From the IMG/VR virus record IMGVR_UViG_3300027668_000008, positions 62,001 to 126,000 of that record: DNA of 64,000 bases; one strand, written 5' to 3'. The notes beneath the pieces are model-generated. The model had not been told where the DNA came from. It saw only the letters and a list, made by a program, of their open reading frames with translations, and did no database searches. Made by a program: the position numbers and the translations under genes. Positions 18,803 to 27,294 of the stretch are shown here, piece after piece. Position 1 is the first letter of the stretch, and every line of letters starts with the position of its first letter.

Positions 18803-19312
18803 TTATACTAGGCTTTTAGCCAAGTCCGTTGTTTCGTTTACACGTCTTGTCCAACCTCTTCCAAATGTTGCAAAGGTACTTAACTTTTCGTAGTAACTTT
18901 GACGTGCTTCTTGGAAGTTGATAATTGTGTCTATTAGTCCGTGCTTGTCTACATACTCGTCAACACATTTAAGTGTGTTAGGACCAATGCCACCATCGGC
19001 TACTGTTCCAATCATAGTTTGTAGATATTTTGCACTACGTCCAGGACCTGCATTAACACCAAAGTCGAATACACATAAGTCTAATCCACTTGGTAAGTCA
19101 TCACCTTTAACTTTGTCCCAGTAATTCTTTTTATAAATTGGAGCAACATCTTCGACTAATAAGTCTTTCATGTCTTTGCTTCCGCCCCATTCTACATAAA
19201 CTCTTTTAGTAACACCCAAGTTAGTTTCCCCGCCTGGATCTTTAGGATGGTTTACATATCCACCTTCATGATGAAGTATAGTTTCTAAACATTTTTGATA
19301 ATTGGTTTGCAT
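18803..19312 (-). CDS. GH108 endolysin with peptidoglycan-binding domain
   Basis: HEGGYVNHPKDPGGETNLGVT; DGGIGPNT; FGRGWTRR. Confidence 0.92.
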   Translation of the reverse strand: MQTNYQKCLETILHHEGGYVNHPKDPGGETNLGVTKRVYVEWGGSKDMKDLLVEDVAPIYKKNYWDKVKGDDLPSGLDLCVFDFGVNAGPGRSAKYLQTMIGTVADGGIGPNTLKCVDEYVDKHGLIDTIINFQEARQSYYEKLSTFATFGRGWTRRVNETTDLAKSLV

Positions 19313-19329
19313 CTGGTTTTGCCTCTATT

Positions 19330-19908
19330 TTATTGTTTGGCAATACTCTGTATGAATGAGATATCTTTATCTTCAGGCGCTTTTGCGTATCGCTTACTTG
19401 GATCCAGTCCTGCCTGCATCATCATATTATCGAGTTCTTGCTCTTGCATTAATCTGTCCCTATATGCTTTTGGACTTTTAGGGATAATTTTTAAATTCTC
19501 TTCAGTAACTTCTAAAGGGTAATCGTTTTTGTAGTATGAAAACGTCCAATCCATTTTAGTTGTTAAATGATCTAAGTCGCTTAACAATTCTAATAATCTA
19601 TCTGTTACCGTAGTTCTACGATTGAATTCAACAAATACTGTAACTTTACCTTTTTCATCTGTTGCAGGACTTTCATTGGCATCTAGTACCCATTCGTATC
19701 CTGACTCAATAAAGTCTACTAAATCTTTTGCCGCTTCTTTGTGCATGGCTTTTAAACCGACCACAACGATTTGATCGTCGTCGCCCATCTTACTTTTGTA
19801 TCTGTCAATAGAGATATTAGGATCTATTAAGTCGTACAAGTCGCCTTTGCGAAGACCTTCGTTTAGTTGTTTATTCTGCTTCGGTGTTGTCATCAGTTGT
19901 TCCATCAA
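19330..19908 (-). CDS. conserved hypothetical phage protein, putative virion
   Basis: QLNE-GL leader; late operon. Confidence 0.55.
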   Translation of the reverse strand: MMEQLMTTPKQNKQLNEGLRKGDLYDLIDPNISIDRYKSKMGDDDQIVVVGLKAMHKEAAKDLVDFIESGYEWVLDANESPATDEKGKVTVFVEFNRRTTVTDRLLELLSDLDHLTTKMDWTFSYYKNDYPLEVTEENLKIIPKSPKAYRDRLMQEQELDNMMMQAGLDPSKRYAKAPEDKDISFIQSIAKQ

Positions 19909-20383
19909 AGTCTAAATCTTGTTGATATGCAGTGTTGATATCATCTAGATCAATTTTCTCACCTTCTAGTTCCATAGTACCACGATAAATGTCAGACATG
20001 ATTGTTTTTGGCATTCTAATTTCAACTAACCAAATAGGATCAGATTTCATTTTAGGATACCTGCCGCCTGGGGCCATATCTTCTGGTGCTTTAATAGTGA
20101 CTGGACTTTCTAGAATATCTTTTTTGTAACGTACTTTAATATTATAGTCTAGGAGTCTTTTTGCTCCTTGGGGCTCAGGCATCATCTTATGAGGCCACAT
20201 GAATGTACAAGTTACCCAGTGTTTATCAACCTTAGGACCCTCTACTAATTCGCCCTTCAACCAGTTTTCGTAGGCATATAAATGAACACTGTCTAAGACA
20301 CGTTCAAAGTCTACTAATGTTGTCATAAAACTCTCTGCTTGATAGAGCTTATTGACGTTTGTTACAATATTGTTTGATTTCAT
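19871..20383 (-). CDS. conserved hypothetical phage protein
   Basis: DFERVLD..NW..GELVEGP; late promoter at 20415-20420. Confidence 0.6.
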   Translation of the reverse strand: MKSNNIVTNVNKLYQAESFMTTLVDFERVLDSVHLYAYENWLKGELVEGPKVDKHWVTCTFMWPHKMMPEPQGAKRLLDYNIKVRYKKDILESPVTIKAPEDMAPGGRYPKMKSDPIWLVEIRMPKTIMSDIYRGTMELEGEKIDLDDINTAYQQDLDFDGTTDDNTEAE

Positions 20384-20532
20384 GTGTTACTTACCGTCTT
20401 TTCGTTACTCAAAGTATTTATCCTTTTCATTGGGCCTTATGTATTATTGGTTATTGTTGGATCTACAGTGTTAAATATTATTAAGTATACAACATAATTT
20501 GTATACCCTAACAGAAACTCAGGAGGTTCAAA

Positions 20533-21258
20533 TTGGGCAAACGTAGACGCAATAAAGAAGAATATATGTATATCTCACAAGATACCAACGATCAAAACCA
20601 ACGACATAAGAAAAATGTTACTATTATTCCTAGAAGTAGAACGCAAGAATCTTATGTAGATGCTTTACTCACGTCAAACAAGAGTATTGTATTTGCATCA
20701 GGTCCAGCAGGCACAGGTAAAACTATGATTGCTATGCTTTCGGCTATTAAACATTATAAACAAGGTACAATAGATAAGATTATTATGACACGTCCGGCGG
20801 TCGGTGTTGACGACGAGAGACATGGATTTTTGCCAGGCGATCTCAATCAAAAAATGGAACCGTGGACTCGTCCATTGTTCGATGTTTTACATGAATATTA
20901 CTCCCCTAAAGAAACAGCCAAGATGCTAGAAGAACAAATCATCGAAATATCACCCCTAGCATTCATGCGTGGTCGCACATTTAAAAATGCATATATCGTC
21001 GCTGACGAAATGCAAAATGCAACGCCAAATCAGATGAAGATGCTATTGACCCGTATAGGCGAAGGAAGTAAAATTGTAGTAACCGGAGATGTTAAGCAAG
21101 CCGATCGAAAGAACAAGGATAACGGACTTTTAAACTTTATGCAACTTGTACAAACGAGAGATTCAAATCATATCGAATGTGTACAGTTTTCGCATAGTGA
21201 CATAGAACGTCATCCAGCAGTTGCCGAAGTGTTAGAAATATATGGTGATGATGATTAA
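20533..21258 (+). CDS. phoH: PhoH-like ATPase
   Basis: GPAGTGKT, RPAV, GFLPG, FMRGRTF, DEMQN, TGD..QAD, RHP; AGGAGG SD before TTG. Confidence 0.95.
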   Translation: MGKRRRNKEEYMYISQDTNDQNQRHKKNVTIIPRSRTQESYVDALLTSNKSIVFASGPAGTGKTMIAMLSAIKHYKQGTIDKIIMTRPAVGVDDERHGFLPGDLNQKMEPWTRPLFDVLHEYYSPKETAKMLEEQIIEISPLAFMRGRTFKNAYIVADEMQNATPNQMKMLLTRIGEGSKIVVTGDVKQADRKNKDNGLLNFMQLVQTRDSNHIECVQFSHSDIERHPAVAEVLEIYGDDD

Positions 21259-21275
21259 AAAATAACTTATTAATT

Positions 21276-21305
21276 AAGGTGCAGTGTTCCGGACACTGCA
21301 ACCTT
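21276..21305. terminator. hairpin between convergent genes
   Basis: (aagg)TGCAGTGT-tccgg-ACACTGCA(acctt). Confidence 0.75.
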
Positions 21306-21306
21306 A

Positions 21307-21888
21307 TTAGGCTGTAACTGTGTTATAAATCTGTTCCCAATCTTTAACGATAGGGTAATTGTAGTCACCGTTCATATTATGACCATGCTCTACAAGTAAT
21401 GGTTTAAGTCCTGCTTTGGCGCCTGCTTCGGCGTTCTCAGGTTTGTCTTCAATCCACCACATCTTAGAATTCTTGTAAACAGACAATGCTTCGTCTTTGT
21501 CGTCTCCAGTTCCTAAACAAACTAATTTAGTAAATACTCCTTTACCAAATAACTTGTCTAAGTTCTTTTGCCTTAAACGTTGTGCATACTTGTCATTACT
21601 TAAAGAAGTAATACAATGGAATTCCCATCCTTCGTCTGCTAGTTTAGTAACGTACTGTACTGCATCACGTAGAGCAGGCAAAAACCCAATAGTTGCACTT
21701 TCATTAAATTGCTTAATTAGTGTCTTAACCTGAGTCTTTGGAATACCGTATCGTTCAGCCATATCGTATTTGAACTGATATCCTTTAGTAGTTTTAAATC
21801 CGTGATTTTCCATCCAACAATTGAATGCAAACTCCCAATTAAGAAGCACACCATCCGCATCTGTTAATATAATTTTTTTCAACTTCAT
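21307..21888 (-). CDS. HAD-family phosphatase/nucleotidase (T4 gp30.2-like)
   Basis: LTDADGVLL; WIEDK. Confidence 0.8.
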   Translation of the reverse strand: MKLKKIILTDADGVLLNWEFAFNCWMENHGFKTTKGYQFKYDMAERYGIPKTQVKTLIKQFNESATIGFLPALRDAVQYVTKLADEGWEFHCITSLSNDKYAQRLRQKNLDKLFGKGVFTKLVCLGTGDDKDEALSVYKNSKMWWIEDKPENAEAGAKAGLKPLLVEHGHNMNGDYNYPIVKDWEQIYNTVTA

Positions 21889-21946
21889 TCTTTCCTTATT
21901 AATTTAACTTACTATACAAGTATAACACATTACGCCGACTTGTCAA
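21889..21946 (-). promoter_or_regulatory. early sigma70 promoter with conserved leader
   Basis: TTGACA-N16-TATACT, then GTAAGTTAA..AAGGA. Confidence 0.8.
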
Positions 21947-22097
21947 CCTTTTTCTTTGGTCGTCCTTTCCAACGATTTATCTTTGTTATATCCTCTGTAC
22001 GTTCGCCTGCAGGGCATTGCGTAATCTTATTGCCCTTTGCTAACCATAGTTTTACTTGTTCGTTATAATTAACTATTTCTTCTTCAGTCATTGCCAT
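21930..22097 (-). CDS. 55-aa protein with SutA-like motif (not in ORF track)
   Basis: MAMTEEEIVNYNEQVKLWLAKGNKITQCPAGERTEDITKINRWKGRPKKKVDKSA; AAAGGA SD. Confidence 0.65.
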   Translation of the reverse strand: MAMTEEEIVNYNEQVKLWLAKGNKITQCPAGERTEDITKINRWKGRPKKKVDKSA

Positions 22098-22121
22098 ATA
22101 TGTATTCCTTTCAATGAGTGT

Positions 22122-22199
22122 ATAAAAAATGAACCTCCCAGAGACGGTACCACTCTGAGAGGCTCGGCGTAAGTTAAGAAGGAGATCGTACCGTAAACT
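22122..22199 (-). ncRNA. candidate pseudoknotted 3'UTR small RNA antisense to early-gene leaders
   Basis: ACGGUAC (22194-22188) is complementary to terminator loop GUACCGU (22150-22144); the intervening AUCUCCUUCUUAACUUAC is the complement of the early leader/SD. Confidence 0.6.
22123..22165 (-). terminator. intrinsic terminator
   Basis: 13-bp stem GAGCCUCUCAGAG/CUCUGGGAGGUUC (two G-U pairs on minus strand), then AUUUUUU. Confidence 0.85.
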
Positions 22200-22403
22200 T
22201 TATGAATCTAATTTAATAGTGTTAGCAGATGCAATGATCTCATATCGTCCTTTAACACCAATTTGTGCATCTAAGATAGTTTTCACTTTCTCTAGCATTG
22301 CACACGCCAGCATAAGGGCATCTTCGTGATTTGTTAGACTCATTATTGTTTCATCAATAGGCTCGCAAAGTTCCATCATGCGTTCTTGTACATTATCTGT
22401 CAT
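22200..22403 (-). CDS. hypothetical protein
   Basis: GAGGA SD; ATGA coupling. Confidence 0.65.
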   Translation of the reverse strand: MTDNVQERMMELCEPIDETIMSLTNHEDALMLACAMLEKVKTILDAQIGVKGRYEIIASANTIKLDS

Positions 22404-23131
22404 TTGCTTTCCTCTACTAATTTAACATAATTTAATTGAGTTTCGTTAATACCTTGATACCAACGACTACTCATTTGCTTTTTAACCTTTGCAGTGATAT
22501 TAACAGTTTTACCTACTGCATCTAAAAAGTCTTTTTGGCTCCAAAACGTAACTAGTTCATCATTGTCTGTTATTGCAACATAAATGAAACTACTGTAGTT
22601 AGAACTATAAACACCTGTTTGTAGTTCAATGTTTAGGTTAACCTTATGACCAGGCTTAGAAATATATTCGCTGTCTTCACAACGTTGTGTAATTCTAAGT
22701 TCTAAATTCTCTTTCTTAACATTACGGATATAAGTTTGTGGCATATATGCAACTAAACCAAAATCAAAATGTTGAAGTTCTCCTTTTTCAAAGGTCATAT
22801 AGATACTACTGTCAAAGCCGTTGATTTCTCCGGAAAGAACTCCCATTGCAAGAGATTCTAACCATTCAACTGCTTCAGATGTATTCTTTTCGTCTGCTTC
22901 GGTAATACGAAGTTTCTTTTCGTTCTTCTTTAAATGATTAATTACACCAAGTTCCATACCTTGCTCATTGCCAGTTAGGAATCGCATAATTTGTTTGTTT
23001 GCAACTGAATACTTTATAGTATCGTTTGCAGTCATAGATGATGTAGTGTGCTTATTATAAGACTTATTAAAACGTTGAGCCACAAATGCTAGTGTTAATA
23101 CTTTGGTAAATGTAAAAGTTTCTTTTTTCAT
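22400..23131 (-). CDS. hypothetical protein with C-terminal OB-fold-like domain
   Basis: GKTVNITAKVK..NETQLNYVK; early promoter TTGACA-N17-TATTAT at 23163-23191. Confidence 0.6.
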   Translation of the reverse strand: MKKETFTFTKVLTLAFVAQRFNKSYNKHTTSSMTANDTIKYSVANKQIMRFLTGNEQGMELGVINHLKKNEKKLRITEADEKNTSEAVEWLESLAMGVLSGEINGFDSSIYMTFEKGELQHFDFGLVAYMPQTYIRNVKKENLELRITQRCEDSEYISKPGHKVNLNIELQTGVYSSNYSSFIYVAITDNDELVTFWSQKDFLDAVGKTVNITAKVKKQMSSRWYQGINETQLNYVKLVEESK

Positions 23132-23195
23132 TTTGTATTCTCTCTATTTTTTAACTACGTTTATAATACAACAAATTAAAGGCTTTGTCAACCTT

Positions 23196-23318
23196 TTAAT
23201 TATAACTATATTTCTTAATTTTAGCAATATCGGTTTGTGTTAATCCGTGGTTGGTAATTAATTTCTGTTCAGCAGACTTATCGCCTAATAACATTTTCTT
23301 AATTAAAAGTTTTATCAT
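23196..23318 (-). CDS. 40-aa hypothetical protein (not in ORF track)
   Basis: MIKLLIKKMLLGDKSAEQKLITNHGLTQTDIAKIKKYSYN fills the gap. Confidence 0.45.
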   Translation of the reverse strand: MIKLLIKKMLLGDKSAEQKLITNHGLTQTDIAKIKKYSYN

Positions 23319-23321
23319 ATT

Positions 23322-23756
23322 CTAACTTCCTGTAACTAGTTGTAGTGTTCCATCTTCTTGCATTACAAGATCTTCGACAAAGTAGTGCCAATCATTTAAT
23401 GCTAACTTGGCTTGTTGAAAGCAGTTTTCAGCGGCTTTCCAAAGTTCACCTACTGTACCATCTTTAGTAACGGCAGTGAATGTTTGATAGGTAGTAGTTT
23501 GAAAATCATCAGACATATCTTTGATTACTTTGTATGTAACAATAAAAGGCTTATCGATAAATATTTTTTGATCCAATTGAAGAATACCACTATCTAAACT
23601 CCAAACGGTATCATAGTTTAATGAAGTTTTAAGATCATCATAATGTTCATGTTCTAGTTCAAATTGCGAAACATCTTCGAATTTTAAGGATTCGATATCA
23701 CCAAATTCATCATTAAACTTGTATTCTGGTGTTTTTTTAACTGTATCTGTAAACAT
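23322..23756 (-). CDS. hypothetical early protein
   Basis: AGGAG SD; own promoter. Confidence 0.7.
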   Translation of the reverse strand: MFTDTVKKTPEYKFNDEFGDIESLKFEDVSQFELEHEHYDDLKTSLNYDTVWSLDSGILQLDQKIFIDKPFIVTYKVIKDMSDDFQTTTYQTFTAVTKDGTVGELWKAAENCFQQAKLALNDWHYFVEDLVMQEDGTLQLVTGS

Positions 23757-23814
23757 TAGTATCTCCTGTTGTTTAACTTATACTTTATAATAGCACATCT
23801 ACAGTACTTGTCAA
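23757..23814 (-). promoter_or_regulatory. early sigma70 promoter with conserved leader
   Basis: TTGACA-N16-TATTAT; TATAAGTTAAACAACAGGAGAT. Confidence 0.85.
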
Positions 23815-23818
23815 CCTT

Positions 23819-24004
23819 TTATTTGCTATTATATGGAATAAATTTACGATAACTTTTGGACCATTGTTTCATAGGCTTTGAGAAGATAATCTCTTTAGTA
23901 GTGCCTTGTTTGATATAACCTACACACCAATTTACATCGTTGATGATATATGTATGATTCTGAACAGGTGAATCCCAAACTGTAACTTCTGTTAAGTACT
24001 TCAT
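23819..24004 (-). CDS. hypothetical early protein
   Basis: LTEVTVWD..NHTY..KSYRKF, a small phage protein pattern. Confidence 0.65.
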   Translation of the reverse strand: MKYLTEVTVWDSPVQNHTYIINDVNWCVGYIKQGTTKEIIFSKPMKQWSKSYRKFIPYNSK

Positions 24005-24005
24005 A

Positions 24006-24293
24006 TTAGTTCCCGTAAATTACATAAGTCTTGTTCTTCGTCAAGTTCCACTTCTCTAATACAGGAAGACCAAACTCATCTTCGTCTACGCAAACATATG
24101 CAACTGTCTTCTTTACAATAGCATAACGATAACCTGAGTCGCCGCCAATCTGTCCACTGCCTACCCATACTTTGTGTGGATAGTCTTCGCATAATGCCAT
24201 ACTATCATCATTAAGTGAGTATTCGAAATAGTTACCGTGATCCTTTTCAGTAAAACATCCTATTGGATCTTTAGTGTAAGTGTAGTATCCCAT
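24006..24293 (-). CDS. hypothetical early protein (start reassigned to ATG 24293)
   Basis: GGAG SD 6 nt before ATG. Confidence 0.65.
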   Translation of the reverse strand: MGYYTYTKDPIGCFTEKDHGNYFEYSLNDDSMALCEDYPHKVWVGSGQIGGDSGYRYAIVKKTVAYVCVDEDEFGLPVLEKWNLTKNKTYVIYGN

Positions 24294-24351
24294 GAGCAAC
24301 TCCGTTGTTTAACTTATACTACAAGTATAACACAACTAGCCATGTTGTCAA
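24294..24351 (-). promoter_or_regulatory. early sigma70 promoter with conserved leader
   Basis: TTGACA-N16-TATACT; TATAAGTTAAACAACGGAG. Confidence 0.85.
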
Positions 24352-24356
24352 CCGGT

Positions 24357-24482
24357 TTATAACTGATTGCCAATCTTTTCTTTAGTATATTCAGAGGCAG
24401 ACGTAATGTCTTTACCAACTCCTGCAACTGTTGAACAAGCACCTAACGTTAGGCAAACTAATAGTAATGTAAAGTATTTCAT
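24357..24482 (-). CDS. entericidin EcnA/B-like lipoprotein (not in ORF track)
   Basis: MKYFTLLLVCLTLGAC-STVAGVGKDITSASEYTKEKIGNQL; lipobox plus T-x-x-G-x-GKDI; AAGGAG SD. Confidence 0.8.
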   Translation of the reverse strand: MKYFTLLLVCLTLGACSTVAGVGKDITSASEYTKEKIGNQL

Positions 24483-24483
24483 T

Positions 24484-24630
24484 TTACTTCTCCTTGATAT
24501 AGTGATGGGGGTGAGCCTTTGGGCTCTGTTTAAAGATACTGTTCATATGTTTTTCTGCTTCTTGAACAGTATCAAATTCTGCGATGACGACCTCGTCTTC
24601 GACTTTGGGTGTGTAGATAACTTGCCACAT
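24484..24630 (-). CDS. 48-aa hypothetical protein (not in ORF track)
   Basis: MWQVIYTPKVEDEVVIAEFDTVQEAEKHMNSIFKQSPKAHPHHYIKEK; exactly fills the gap. Confidence 0.6.
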   Translation of the reverse strand: MWQVIYTPKVEDEVVIAEFDTVQEAEKHMNSIFKQSPKAHPHHYIKEK

Positions 24631-24632
24631 TT

Positions 24633-24956
24633 TTATTCTACCGGTGAAGATTGAATAAATGCTTTTTCAAGTTTCTCTTTTTGCAAGTCTCGTAGACGTT
24701 GCAATTTTTTAGCATTCTTAGGTGCTTGGACTTCCTTTTGAGCATAGTTTATTAACTGCTCTTCCTCTGGAGTAATGTCCTTTGCTTTCATACCAAACAG
24801 TTCACCAAAGTTACTTAAACGGTATCCCAGGTCAGACAGTGTATTAGCACGAACATCATCTTTTTCAATAAAGGATAAGTCCATTACATCTCTGCCAAAT
24901 GCTCTTACTTCCATTTCGTTGGAGGTTAAGTCGTAGATTGATTTAATCGGATTCAT
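24633..24956 (-). CDS. hypothetical protein
   Basis: ORF with purine-rich SD in an early operon. Confidence 0.6.
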   Translation of the reverse strand: MNPIKSIYDLTSNEMEVRAFGRDVMDLSFIEKDDVRANTLSDLGYRLSNFGELFGMKAKDITPEEEQLINYAQKEVQAPKNAKKLQRLRDLQKEKLEKAFIQSSPVE

Positions 24957-24989
24957 AGATTTCTCTCTTTCGGTTGTGATTGATTGTTA

Positions 24990-25487
24990 TTATTGTTTGA
25001 TTTCGGCGTAGTCTTCGTTCTTTGTCCAAGGTTGCTTAGACAACTTGTTCTCTTGAGCCCAACGAACAAAGAGACCAATCTCTTTACCATGTGCTTCAAT
25101 TTCCCAAGGATAGTCGTAGTAGTTTGATTCTTTTTCTTCAAACATTTTACCACACCATCGAATTTTATCTGAGGTAGCAAGGTCAACCATTTCGCCTTTA
25201 GCAAATTGTTTAACGTGTACCATTTCGTGTGCAATAGTTTCCAACATTCTACGCATTCGTAGTTTGCTGTCTGCTCTAATAGAGAATTCACGTGGTCTCC
25301 AGTTGTTGTCTTCCCAACAAGAATCACCATACACTTCCTCCTTTTTCATTAAGTTCGGAACAAGTTGAATTTCTATTTCTATGTTTTTTTGGAGTCGCTT
25401 GGACATTAACAAGTCTGCACAGAATTTTGCTATAGACTCGGTGTAAGTTCTCTGGGTTTTGAACCCGCCTGTTACTGTTACTTTCAT
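24990..25487 (-). CDS. zincin-like metallopeptidase domain protein
   Basis: AHEMVHVKQ (HExxH) and PWEIEA; promoter TTGACA-N16-TATATT at 25522-25549. Confidence 0.75.
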   Translation of the reverse strand: MKVTVTGGFKTQRTYTESIAKFCADLLMSKRLQKNIEIEIQLVPNLMKKEEVYGDSCWEDNNWRPREFSIRADSKLRMRRMLETIAHEMVHVKQFAKGEMVDLATSDKIRWCGKMFEEKESNYYDYPWEIEAHGKEIGLFVRWAQENKLSKQPWTKNEDYAEIKQ

Positions 25488-25616
25488 GTCTGTTCTCTAT
25501 TGTATTTAACATCATTTAACTAATATAACATATATGCTTAATCTGTCAACCTTTAAAAATCCTTCTAAATCAACGATTGTTAAAAATAGTAAGGAATCTT
25601 TTTTTAAGATTAATAA

Positions 25617-26081
25617 TTAAACTACCATATTATCCTTTCTTTTGCCTAGGAAGTCACCTTCCAAATACGTTTTAGCCATATGGCATAATACACACAATGT
25701 ATTAATATTATCCTGTGTATCTGCTCCACCATGACTTTTTAAGTGGATATGGTCACCATGCATTACGCCTCGCATGGCTCGATTTTGTATAAATGGGTCT
25801 TCATGGTTAAATCGTAGTGTATCTTCACGTGGATCATAACCGCAGGTTGTACATTCCCACCCTCTATAAAATGTATGTGGTCTTTCTGGCTTACCCATTC
25901 CACCATAAGCATTACATTCTAATTGATGTTCTCTGCATAGTACTTGACTACCAGGTCCTTCGAACATACTTAATTTGTTATCACAATCCTCTAACATACA
26001 ACACTTGTTCTTAAGTTGTTGTTCAGTTAGTACTGACGACGATTTAAACTTGTCTTTAGCAGGATCTCTTAACATTACCAC
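25617..26081 (-). CDS. Zn-binding HNH endonuclease-like protein
   Basis: CTTCG..DHIH..GG..NINTLCVLCHMAKT. Confidence 0.75.
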   Translation of the reverse strand: MVMLRDPAKDKFKSSSVLTEQQLKNKCCMLEDCDNKLSMFEGPGSQVLCREHQLECNAYGGMGKPERPHTFYRGWECTTCGYDPREDTLRFNHEDPFIQNRAMRGVMHGDHIHLKSHGGADTQDNINTLCVLCHMAKTYLEGDFLGKRKDNMVV

Positions 26082-27238
26082 AAGTCCTTTCCATCAACTG
26101 CAAACAAGTGTTTGTACTTTGGAGTTTTAAGTGTAGTACTTTTTTTCATTTGAGCAATAAGAAACGGAATACCAAAACGAGGTTCTGTAGTAAAACCTTT
26201 TAAACCATTTTCTGCGTATTCATCTGCGTTTGCTTGTGCATACCATGTTTCATATGATAGTTTTACTTTACTCCAGAATGAACCTGTTTCACTCCAATTT
26301 GCTTCAAAGTACTCTTTACAGAACAATGCAAAGTTTAATAGGTATTTGTCATCTACTTTAATACCATCTTTAAAACAAGCATCAAAGAATTCATATAGTA
26401 CCCTTGCTTCTTTGGCTTGTACAGGACGTTCTTCATTAATATATGTCCAATACTTTGCAAACATACGAGTAACATCAACGTCTTTACGTTTTGCTAAATT
26501 CTTTGTCATAATAGTATCTGCCAACAAAGTGAATGCACCTGCTTTGCGTTCGTCTCCAAACTTATCATGTGTAACAAACAATCCTGCTTCTTTAAGTATA
26601 TCGTTAATTTTAGCAGTGTCCTGCCAAATTTCATCATCACTTAAATCAACTTTAACACCGTATACCATTTGCTTGTAAGTATCGATAAAGTCTAGTTTCT
26701 CTTTTGCATCACCGTTAAGTAAAATAAAGTTACGTCTAATTTCCAACCTGTGTTTGATAGGATAAATGTTAACTGGGACCATTGCTTGTGCTTGTCTCTC
26801 ACCAAATACTTTTGTAAGTATAATGTAAAGTGCTATAGCAGTGTGTTGCCCGTCCCATGCAATATAGTTGTCTCCTTCTTTGTAAACTTGTATAGGCATT
26901 ACCATCGTTTGGCTAAAGTGATTTAGTATGCTTAAAACGTGACGCATATTAACAGGACGTTGCATTGTTGAGTCAATTAGTATTTTATTAAAATCTACAG
27001 GAATGGCTTCTACTAGACTTATGTCTGCAAAATCTTTCCATTTGTCCTTATTACGTCTTTTGAATTCTTCTACAACTGCTTCGAGTTGTGCTTGGAATTT
27101 AGGTGCTAGTAAGAATGCTTCGTCTATACGTTGTTGTAACGATACGAAGTGACTTTCTGTATGTTCATATTGTGCATTTACAATATCTGCGTGTGCAGTA
27201 AATGGTGTACTCATTATATTTTCCTCTGTTATCGGCAT
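26075..27238 (-). CDS. ParB/Srx-like (DGQH-type) domain protein
   Basis: IDSTMQR...WDGQHT; promoter TTGACA-N16-TATTAT at 27271-27298 with TATAAGTTAA leader. Confidence 0.65.
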   Translation of the reverse strand: MPITEENIMSTPFTAHADIVNAQYEHTESHFVSLQQRIDEAFLLAPKFQAQLEAVVEEFKRRNKDKWKDFADISLVEAIPVDFNKILIDSTMQRPVNMRHVLSILNHFSQTMVMPIQVYKEGDNYIAWDGQHTAIALYIILTKVFGERQAQAMVPVNIYPIKHRLEIRRNFILLNGDAKEKLDFIDTYKQMVYGVKVDLSDDEIWQDTAKINDILKEAGLFVTHDKFGDERKAGAFTLLADTIMTKNLAKRKDVDVTRMFAKYWTYINEERPVQAKEARVLYEFFDACFKDGIKVDDKYLLNFALFCKEYFEANWSETGSFWSKVKLSYETWYAQANADEYAENGLKGFTTEPRFGIPFLIAQMKKSTTLKTPKYKHLFAVDGKDLW

Positions 27239-27294
27239 ATCCAGCCTAAGGTTTATTAACTTATAATACTATAATAGCATCTTTACTCAAAGTG

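Noticed and set aside
22169-22216. Plus-strand leader/SD (TAAGTTAAGAAGGAGAT) driving a plus-strand gene
   Set aside because: The next ATG is about 17 nt from the SD and opens only MNLI-stop; no plus-strand promoter; hairpin G-U pairs and U-tract favour the minus strand.
24953-25515. Alternative-frame minus ORFs 24953-25330 and 25324-25515
   Set aside because: They overlap the HExxH gene 24990-25487, which has the motif, SD-like sequence and promoter support.
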